From NCBI GenBank assembly GCA_001179505.1, contig CDMY01000401.1:1-64000 (forward strand): DNA of 64,000 nt, in the 5' to 3' direction. Position 1 is the first letter of the stretch; every line of letters starts with the position of its first letter. Source of the DNA: Vitrella brassicaformis CCMP3155 (Eukaryota; Protista; Chromerida). This document shows positions 1-9,212 of the stretch, in pieces. A program made the translations under genes and the position numbers. The notes under the pieces are model-generated. The model did no database searches, had not been told where the DNA came from, and saw only the letters and a program-made list of their open reading frames with translations.

Positions 1-197
1 CCACCCACCCACCCACAGACAGACAGCTCGACAGACAGACAGCTCGACAGATTGATAGATAGACAGATTGACTGACTGACAGACTGACTGACCCTTCTGG
101 CTTATGGGCTGTTTGGGGCCGGCTGTGTGGCTGCCTGCCTGCCCTGTCTGATGAGCTTAATGGAGGGGGTGGATGAACTCATCTATCGACAAGAAAG
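1..197. repeat. Left terminal inverted repeat (partial; continues upstream of base 1)
   Basis: Reverse complement of 5155-5351 (i+j=5352); 5 substitutions counted in 197 nt, no indels seen. Confidence 0.93.
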
Positions 198-2875
198 AAT
201 GTGTCTCTCTGGTCGAGGGGGACGAACATGTAGGGCACGGCAGACAGCATCACCACCGACTCAAACGACAGAAAGCCACTCGCGCGACAACACGACAGGA
301 CCCCTGCATATCCACCACACCCGACATGCCAGCAGAGAGGGATCTTCCTCGCAGTCACCCCCACCTTCCTGCCCTCATGCCAGTGCACCTTATCGATCAG
401 CAGCACGTGCCCCTCGTCCTCACGCAAACGCAGCATCCTTCCTGCCACCACATCCACACCCACACACTCTCTCTCACGCAGAAGTGGGGGGCACACCACA
501 GAGGCCGGCAAGCCCTGGAAATCCTCGCTGCAGGAAGACAGGGAGTAGGAGAAGCTGTGCAGAAATGAACGCAGCGTGTTGGCCCCCAGCTCTTTCCAGT
601 TGCCTGTCTTCACCCATCCCTTGACTGTCTGATGCATCATCTCACTTGGAAAGCACCATTGCTCACGCAGTGGACCGAACCTATACATGTCGAGGGGCAT
701 GTGCGTGTAGGCATGCAGTTTCGGTGGGGCGTAGTTGTACAGGTTGATGAATGAGTCAACGAACTGATCGATCTTCACGGCAAACCGCCGAAGGTCGCCG
801 ACAATGTCCACCTCCCTCTGCAGCACCATCCCGATGATCTCGCAATGCAGCTTGTAGCAGGCCAAGTGCTGTCGCCCGACCACGACGTCCTCCCCGTCTC
901 CCTCCGGCATGGTGGAGAAGAGGATGACGCGCACCACGGGGGCCAGGTACTGCAGCTTCTTGGCCGTGGCCTTGACCTGGTTGTCAGAGCTCCAGATAGC
1001 CGAGGCAGCCTGGGAGATGCGGTTCTTGCCCGACGCGTGAGTGTGACACAGACTCTTGACCGCCGCCATGAAGGTGGGCTTGGACAGCCACCCCGCCTCA
1101 CGCCACTCACGGATGACCCGATGCATGTGGTAGCGAAGCATGCCCTCCATGATGTTGTGCATCGGGTCGCCCATGACGAGATCGAGGATGCCTGATGCTC
1201 CGGGATCGGGCGGCGGGCTGTTGGGGGAAGGAGCGGGCGGCTGCCGGCAGTCGGGACAGATGAAGCGGAGACGGGAGTGGGCATTCTCCTCTGCGGAAGG
1301 AGTGATGCCCACACATACCTCGTGGAACCAATGTTCACTGAACGCAACACACACACACACACACACACACAGACAGACAGACAGACATACAGAGAGAGAG
1401 GAACAGGTATGAAAGATCGCTTCCCTGCCTTCTCTCCCTCCTGCTCACCACTTGCGGCATGACAGCATGTCCTTGCTGCCCTCTGGACATGAGCCATGGG
1501 CCACACCACCTCCGCAGACACCACACTGCTGCGAGTCCGATCGAGGCGCCGAGTAGGGCAGGAAACGCCATGGGGTCTCCCTCTTGACCCCCCTCTCCTT
1601 GACGAACTCATCCCTCTGTCCGGCCGGCATGCTCACGAGCGTGTCCACTCGTCTGTCGAATGCACCGCCTCCGATCAGCTCGTCATGTCGGACGATGTGC
1701 TGCCTGCCCACCACTCCCAGGTCGCGGCGGTGGAAGTCGCAGCCATAACAGCAGTGGTTGGCCGAGCCGAAGTGGTTGAGGCCCAGCAGCTCGGCGATGG
1801 CCACCATGTCCGCACAGTAGGTGAGCAGCGCCCCCTGAACCAGCATCGTCCTCATCCGTCCCTCCTCGGCGTCGTACACGTCCATCTCGATGCCCGCCCA
1901 GAGCATCCGCAGGAATTCGATGAGGCGGCTGCTGACGGCGTCCAGGCCGGCAGGCTTTCCGTGACCGGGGGAGGCGAGGTCGGCGCTCGCAAAGAGGATC
2001 ATCAGCTCATAGCGCATGGGGCTGGGGATGTTGTGCACGACGATGTAGACATTCTCTATCTTGATGGCACCGGCTCTGGTGGGGTTGGATGGAGTGAATC
2101 CGTCGTGCGTGAGGCCTAGGAAGATGGGCAGGCGAGGGAGGGAGGAGTCGGTGGCTGCGGCATGGTGATGGAAGTGGTGTTGTCGGTACACGGAGCCGCT
2201 GAACACATTCACCAAGCGCCGGCTGGGCCGGCCGCCCCCCTCTGGTGCGAACCGCCACGCCTCCATGACGTGTCGGTTGGCCACCAGCATCCGCAGCAGC
2301 ATCCCGAGATCGACGGTGTAGATGCGTATCCCTCTGCGCAGCTCGGCCGGCCTGGGCCTGATGATGTAGTTGTCGACCTTGTTGGGCGAGTGCCTCTCGA
2401 CGAATCGGCGCAGCGCACCATCCTTAGTCAGCCGGTCAGGCAGGAGGGGCTGCCCGAGGAAGGACACGCAGAGTGCGTTGGCGATGGCGAAGAATATTGC
2501 GATGAGGGTGAAGGGCAGGAAGTATCGCCATCGGAGAGCGATGATTGTATCGACGAGCTGCCGTTGAGCCGGACTGCCCTCGATTAAGACAGGGTGGGTG
2601 CCAGCAGAGGGAGTGGAGGGCTGAGGAGCCTCCTCAGCGTCAGAGCTCAGCTCGTTTCGGTCGTCTGGCGCCTCAGAGTCTGAGTCGGATGATGAGCTGT
2701 CGTCGCTAGCCTGGTCATGTCCCGGTCCGTGTTGAGCTCGGAAGACATGCTTCGCAGTGGTTTGATGCCGCTCCAGGTCCCAAAGCGACCGAAAGGGCTT
2801 ATTGCACACGTTGCACCAGAAGGCTGCTTCGTCCTCAGAGGTAGATTCGTCACTCAACGAGGGCGAGTGGCTCAT
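179..2875 (-). CDS. CACTA/CMC-type DDE transposase (TnpD-like), 2 exons (2875-1449, 1337-179), ~861 aa, with N-terminal C2H2 finger and internal PHD finger
   Basis: CMC signature in order: FLGLTHDGF (D1), LTYCADMVA (D2), CYGC (C2C), GDPMH (MH), HAYTH (H3H), FGPLREQWCFPSE (E). A GT-AG intron at 1448-1338 (gtgag...ttcag) joins TG|T in frame. C2H2 finger CNVCNKPFRSLWDLERHQTTAKH at ~2747-2815. Confidence 0.9.
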
Positions 2876-3149
2876 TACGCGCCTGAACAATGGAGAGAGA
2901 GAACCGTCAAATGAATGACAAATGTGATGTGTCAGTGCTTGAATTCTCTCATACCGTTGCTTGTGAACGACTGGTTGATCATCCTTTGAGTTGCTGCTGA
3001 TGTGAATTCATGGTTGCTTCTCGGCTGCGCGCTTGGATCGCTCACTCAAAAGTGAAGCAACGACTTTTTCTCTGCAGTGAAGCAACGACTCACCCTTCGC
3101 AGCATTTTGCTCGTTGTTTGTGACGTTTGAGTGACCTCTGACTGCCTCC

Positions 3150-5113
3150 ATGGATACGGAGGAGCGCGAGGGCGCCGCGGCACCCCCTGAGTCAATCGCC
3201 CGCACGGTGAAGGGGAGGCGTCAGGCAGCCAAGAAGAGCAGCGCGGCGATGGCGCGACTTCGCGTCGAGGAGCACCAGAAGAAGAAGAGCAAGGGCAGCA
3301 AACAGCAAGGCAAACAGCCCGCCGCAACCGGCGCGGCCTCCCAGGCCGCCACAGCAGACGCCGAGGGTGAGGGTGAGGGTGAGAGTGAGGGTGTGTGCGT
3401 GTGTGTGCGTGTGTGTGGTGCAGGAAGATGGATGAACTCAATACCTTTATGGCGTCGACGCTGGGCATGCCACGCGACGAGATCAAGCTGCTGATCGAGC
3501 AGAACGTGGCCCGTGCCATGCAGGGTGTCGCTGCTGCAGCACCAGGCGGCCACAACCCACCTGCGCCGGCAGCAGACAGCCCCCCGCGCCCCGCATTCGA
3601 CTACGCCGCCATTCGCGAGAGGCTCGAGAACTCCATCCAAGACCTCAGGAACACACTAAACGACACGACCAAGGGTGAGTGGATACAATCGGGAGACGGT
3701 GAGGTCACCGGTTGGGTGTCATATTCCTTTGATAGTGCGGACGATCGAGGCGTTGCAGAGGAGCCCCGGGGCGATAGCTGACCGTCTTCCCAAGCGCTGG
3801 CACGCAGCCAGGACCACACAGGAGTGCACGGGTACGTTTGTACGAGCCAAAAGATGACCACCCATGAATCAGTCATGTGTGGTGCGACATCTCTCATGGC
3901 CTGCAGGACCACTGATCCGCCATTACCTCTGCGTGCCGCGTTTCCTCGGTCCGTCGGTGGCCCTCGAGAAGGCGTGCGAGGCGCTGGAGAAAGAGCACGA
4001 CACTCGCGAGTGGGCCACGGCGATCAAACGGCTGAGGGAGCTCGACATTGAAACGGTGGGTGGAGTGGGGTTGGAACGGGAAGGGGGGATAATGCCTGCA
4101 CATCGCATTGCGTGTATGCGTGCGTGTATGTACTTGCAGGAGCTTGGGTTGATGGTGGAGGCGATGGAAGCCGGCGGCATGGTGCCGGCATCCCCTTCAG
4201 CAGCCGATTACATATCTACAATCAACAAGATGACTGCGACCAGCGGGGAGGAGACTGACAGCGAACACGCTCGGGAGCAGTACCCACCACTCTCCGAGTA
4301 CGAACTCTCCGCCCCCGAGTCGTTCCCCCGCCCCCTCAGGCGCGTGCCCGACGCCGCGCCCGCAACGACCAAGTACCAATCGATGCGGTTCGCACCCCCT
4401 GGTGAGGAGGACGGACCCGAATGGCTCTTCATCGCTGAAGGTTCGCGAGGCGGAAGAAAATTGGGCATCAGCAGATGACTTCCTGGCCTCTTGTGTGTCT
4501 CGTGGTGTCCGTCAGGACGGTATCGCAAGACTGGAGAGGGTGATGGCAGGGCTCTCGAGCCCAACGAGGGAGGAGAAGACAGCTACGTCGTCGTGTATGG
4601 AACTACACACGGCCCCCAGCTCTCGTTCAAAGAGTAAGACACTCACACACACGCATCCATAAACACACATGAATTAATGCTGTCCCTGTATGGTCAGGGC
4701 TGTTCTGCACCTGTTTGTGCTCTTCGTGCTCGCCCACTATGACGACACCTTCGAGGCTGACGCTATCTTTCTGGGTAAGGAACGGCAGCGAGGCAATGAC
4801 GAGCATACATTCGACACTTTGTCATGTTTTGCTCGATCCAGAGCGTCGTTTGTATCAGGTTGTTCGACTTCTTCAGCTTCGAGTGTTCGACGGCGTCATG
4901 GATGCGGGCATCCCGATGCTGCTGGGGCTCAAGCCGCCCGCCGGGGGCGGAGGGTCGCCGCTCGAGACCAGGGCCGGCCTGCTCGGATTCCGTACGGTGG
5001 CAGCGAAGCTCAAGTTCGAGGTCGACGTGCCCATCGCCGGTCTTGAGGACCTGCAGCGAGAGGCGGCGCGAATGGTCATGGGCGGCGAGGAGGATGGGGA
5101 CGAATTCGTTTGA
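3150..5113 (+). CDS. Transposon accessory gene (ORF2, TnpA-analogous position), 8 exons, no recognisable domain
   Basis: The ORF pieces MDTEERE..., KMDELNTF..., VRTIEALQR..., PLIRHYLCVP..., ELGLMVEAM..., GRYRKTGEG..., AVLHLFVLF... and ERRLYQVVR...DEFV* join through GT-AG introns with consistent phases. The gene lies between the TIRs. Confidence 0.75.
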
Positions 5114-5154
5114 GTGTGGATCGCTTTCCATCGCATGTGTGTGAGTGTCCGTGG

Positions 5155-5409
5155 CTTTCTTGTCGATAGATGACTTCATCCACCCCATCCATTCAGCTCA
5201 TCAAACAGGGCAGGCAGGCAGCCACACAGCCGGCCCCAAACAGCCCATGAGCCAGAAGGGTCAGTCAGTCTGTCAGTCAGTCAATCTGTCTATCTATCAA
5301 TCTGTCGAGCTGTCTGTCTGTCGAGCTGTCTGTCTGTGGGTGGGTGGGTGGGTGTGGAGGGATGGATGGATGGATGTGGGTGTGTGGCTTGCATTTGGGT
5401 AGAGTAGTG
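5155..5409. repeat. Right terminal inverted repeat (~255 bp) ending in TAGTG
   Basis: Matches the left repeat up to 5351. On the minus strand the terminus reads CACTACTCTACCCAAATGC. Confidence 0.85.
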
Positions 5410-5550
5410 GCGGGCGAAGGGCATTTTGATATCGCATATCCTTCTGGTCTGCCGCGGCCTCGTGTGTGTGTTGTGAATAGACGTCTGGTGTACATATGAC
5501 CTCTGAATTGACTCAAAAGTCGTCGGATCTCTTCATGTACATGTCTCAAA

Positions 5551-5633
5551 CAGAGAGAACTGGTGATGGACAGCAGAGAACTGGTGCTGGACAGCAGAGA
5601 ACTGGTGATTTACAGCAGAGAACTGGTTCTGGC
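5551..5633 (+). repeat. Tandem repeat, ~21-bp unit x4 (CAGCAGAGAACTGGTGxTxxA)
   Basis: Units start at 5551, 5571, 5592 and 5613. The core GAACTGGTTCTC recurs at ~5659-5670. Confidence 0.85.
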
Positions 5634-5775
5634 TGGAAAGGTCGGTTCTCGCGGTGTGGAACTGGTTCTCCCACCACGGAACGTCTGCCTTGCGCGACCA
5701 TCCCATCGAAACAATCCCCTTTCAACCGTCGTCCGTCGCCGTATATTGATATGTCTGTCTGGTCGATGCCTGCAG

Positions 5776-6450
5776 GCCGGATGACCACGAGTGCAGCGCT
5801 GCCTCGACAGCCATCGCGGAGGAGACCGTCATCTGCCGCAGATGCCGGCGGTGCATTCGTGTCCCGGCCAACATGACACCTGAGAGGCACTGGAGCAACA
5901 CCAGGCAAGAGACTGCCCGGGCGAGAGACTCGCCAGCGGTGTGCGGTCAGCGGCTGCTCGGCCCCTCTGAAGGTCTTTACGGCCTGCCCCAGCTGCAACA
6001 AAGTGGTGTGCATCAAGCACAGGTTTCCTGATGACCACGACTGCCCGGCTGCCACCGTCAAGCCGACTGGTGCTGCACCACAGAGGAAACAGGGTGGTCC
6101 AAAAGGTTTAGCGGCATCGGCATCGTCTGCCAGCAGCGGCCAGCCCAAGAAAGTGAGCGACAAGCACCGGGCTCTGGCGAACAAGGTGGAGCGGATGAAG
6201 GTCAAGCAAAAGGCGACCGGCGACACGGCGATACCTACCCATCATCGGATCGCTGTCAGGGTCCTCACCTCCCCCTCTGTGTCTGTGCCGGCCGCCACCG
6301 GCAAGCCTCCCTTCTTCGTGTTGCTGGACGGCAGCAAGACGATCGGCTATAACCTCGATTATATCTGCTTGCGGCTGATGGGGGCGGCCACCAGCGGCTG
6401 GTGGTGCTGCATGGGGACGCGGAGGATGAGTCGGCTGTGTGTGTGCTGTC
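5776..6450 (+). pseudogene. ZFAND1: AN1-type zinc finger protein (ZFAND1/Cuz1-like), frameshifted, 5' exons not found
   Basis: AN1 finger RCAVSGCSAPLKVFTAC-P/SCNKVVCIKHRFPDDHDC is split by a 1-bp shift at ~5988. ANKVERMKVKQKATGDTAIP resembles the ZFAND1 C-terminal motif. Further frame changes at ~5883, ~5925 and ~6380. Confidence 0.7.
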
Positions 6451-8152
6451 GGGTTTGTGCAGTGAGGGGGTTGAGAGCTTGGCCCTTCCGAGGCGAAAAA
6501 TAATGCTCTAAGTTGATGGTCTACAATGTTCAACAACTTCAGGGTAGCTGAACTTGCGCTACCTTGAGCTCAAAAAAGAGAAGGAACAGGTGCATGGGAG
6601 ACCAGCACGGAGACATCCATCCACTGTCCATGATATGTGTGCTGTATCTATGGGTGGCGAATGCAGCTGCGTCACGAGCTGTTCAGTGACTACGACCCAT
6701 TCAAGCTGCAGCTGTCCAAGATGCAGATGCGCAATGAGGGGAACGCCAAGATGTGTGGGAGGGGTGTGGCGTGGCGCGGGAGTCAGCTGTTTCTTGAGGT
6801 CTAAACGCTCTAACGCTCTCTCGGGTGTGTGTGGGTATGTGCGGTCGTTGCTTCATGCCGTGAATGCATGTGCTACAGGTGTGACTCACCTCCATCTTTT
6901 AGTATTCCGTGTGTATCTATCGTTCTCTCGCCGATCTCAGACACGCAGACAGACAGACAGACAGACAGGCTGGCCGAAGATGGAGTAGGTAGCAACGTCT
7001 CTACATCGACTACATTGCCACCCACCCAGACACTCATTCATTCATTCATCTGTTCTTGTCGACCATCTACAGCGAGTCAGCCGTTGGACAAAAGACAGAC
7101 CACCCCAAGCAACAGCAAGCAGCAAGTAGCCAACCTAGTGACCCACTTATCCGTCTGCCGAGCAGGGAGCGGATCGTGTGGCAGGGGCCCGCACTCCTCA
7201 AGCCATCCATCCATCCATCGACTCACTTATTCCATGGGTGAGGTGTCCAGCGACCACAAGACAGTCAGCACACCGACACACGATGCACATCTCTCTCCCT
7301 CTCACACACTCTCTTTCTTCCCACCGCCACCCAATAGAGAGAGAGGCGCACAGAACCCGTTAGGACCAGGCAGTGGGCACATCCATCCATCCACCCACCC
7401 ACCCATGTCTGTGTGTGTCGGCAGTCGTGTCTCTGTCCATTCATTCAATCGGCCACCCGAAAGCACCGACACCCTTCGTGGGCTGATACTCTGAAGTTGC
7501 GATGGCGGGTCAGATGCCCACAAAGGGAGAGGGGAAGAGAACCAACACACACACCCTCACACAGCCACACACACGCAGCCAGGCAGTCGCAATAGGGCAG
7601 TCGTGACGGCGGCACACTGGCTGTCAGAAAGCAGCGTGACAGACAGACAGACACACAGACAGGGGAAGTGAGAGCATACGACAGACAGGATGGAGCTCAT
7701 TGATGTGTCAGTTTCTGTGTGTCCATCCCCCCCCCCCCCCTCTCTCTTGTGGTGTGCATCTCGGCAGCCGCCCGGCAATTGAAGAGCGACAGACACAGTC
7801 ACATGCTGCCCCTCTACCATTGCCCGGCGCCTCCAAAGATGCCCACAAAGGGATAGAGAGGTCTGCCACACACATGAGAGGCATGACAGAAAACTCTCTC
7901 TGGTCTCACACACATTGACAGACAGTCAGCGTGGTGTTGGTCGAACCTTGTGTGTGTCGGCGTGCCTGCCTGTCTGTCTGTGAGCCGCCCGTGAGTGACG
8001 GATGCAACGACGAGAGATCGACACACTCTCGCGAACAGACGTCACCCGAGCTTTTCTGAAGACAGACGGCAGCCCAAACACCGCCCCACACAGCGCTTCT
8101 CTGTGCAGCCAATCAGCCAATCGTCCCTCTGTCTGTCTGGCTGTCAGATTCC

Positions 8153-8452
8153 NNNNNNNNNNNNNNNNNNNNNNNNNNNNNNNNNNNNNNNNNNNNNNNN
8201 NNNNNNNNNNNNNNNNNNNNNNNNNNNNNNNNNNNNNNNNNNNNNNNNNNNNNNNNNNNNNNNNNNNNNNNNNNNNNNNNNNNNNNNNNNNNNNNNNNNN
8301 NNNNNNNNNNNNNNNNNNNNNNNNNNNNNNNNNNNNNNNNNNNNNNNNNNNNNNNNNNNNNNNNNNNNNNNNNNNNNNNNNNNNNNNNNNNNNNNNNNNN
8401 NNNNNNNNNNNNNNNNNNNNNNNNNNNNNNNNNNNNNNNNNNNNNNNNNNNN
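8153..8452. other. Assembly gap (300 N)
   Basis: Run of N. Confidence 1.
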
Positions 8453-8589
8453 AGGCCGACCAACACACGACAGCCGTCCCCTCACACACACACAGAGCGA
8501 CAGACAGAGAGAGGGAGTCCGTCGACTCATCGGCCGATCATCCTGCCTCCCACACACAAATGGATCCACACACACACACACACAGACGA

Positions 8590-8870
8590 GCAGCACTCAG
8601 CAGCGGTGGGGGAGAGGGCCATCGCGCCACTCGACGGCCATCGCGCGGCGAAGCCATCAGCGGAAAGCGAGCCTGACCTGCTCGTCGAAGTGAGCCGAGG
8701 CCGAGCACCGAGAGGCCCCGTTGTACTCGCGGAAGTTGAGGACGCTGTCGTGAGAGCTCCTTCTTGCCATCCATACCGGTGGAGCAGCAGAACTCGCCCA
8801 GGTCGATGACGCCATCGTCCTCGCCGATGGCGACAGCTGCCACAAGTGGTGAAAAGCCCTCACCTGCAAA
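8590..8870 (-). pseudogene. Degenerate coding-like exon fragment, unassigned
   Basis: Coding-like text (GEGFSPLVAAVAIGEDDGVIDLGEFCC...; DSVLNFREYN...DEQVRLAF) follows a tgcag acceptor and switches frame. No family recognised. Confidence 0.25.
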
Positions 8871-9212
8871 TAGCGTCTCGTCGGCAAACAGCTTCAGCTC
8901 ACGGGACGTCAACCCAGCTCCTGACGGTTGCTGATCGGCCGCAGGCCAGCGCGCTCTCATCTGCCACCTGGATCTGCCACTGCGGATGCCCCGTCAGCTG
9001 TTGAGTGCACTCAGTGCAGTCAGCAAAGGCGGTAGCGGAAGACCTCCTGATGCGCCATGGTAATGTCTGATATCCGTCCACACTTGTGTGTTTGATGGAC
9101 TCGCCATCTTGGTATATGAGAAAGAGAAAGGAAGGGAAAAAAAAGAGAAAGGAAGGCGCACGGGTTTTGCGACATCGCAGGGTTTGACAACCCGCTTCGA
9201 CTCGAAGACGAG

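Larger units (their letters stand above)
1..5409. mobile_element. CACTA/CMC-superfamily DNA transposon, probably autonomous; left end truncated by the window edge
   Basis: Bases 1-197 are the reverse complement of 5155-5351. The right end terminates in TAGTG (5405-5409), i.e. CACTA on the minus strand. The interior encodes a CMC-type transposase and a second intact gene. Confidence 0.9.

Noticed and set aside
775-1611. Long alternative-frame or antisense ORFs over real genes (e.g. 775-1611, 9987-11081, 28654-29781, 34557-35567, 42595-44226, 51694-52887)
   Set aside because: These are shadows of GC-rich coding regions. They run through microsatellite introns and contain no domain motifs.
5551-5633. 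21-bp direct repeats as a CRISPR array
   Set aside because: The units are contiguous with no unique spacers, there are no cas genes, and the context is eukaryotic.
6600-8152. Scattered splice-like signals and a repeated 16-mer (gatgcccacaaaggga at ~7513 and ~7838)
   Set aside because: No coherent reading frame or family. The region is microsatellite-rich and abuts an assembly gap.
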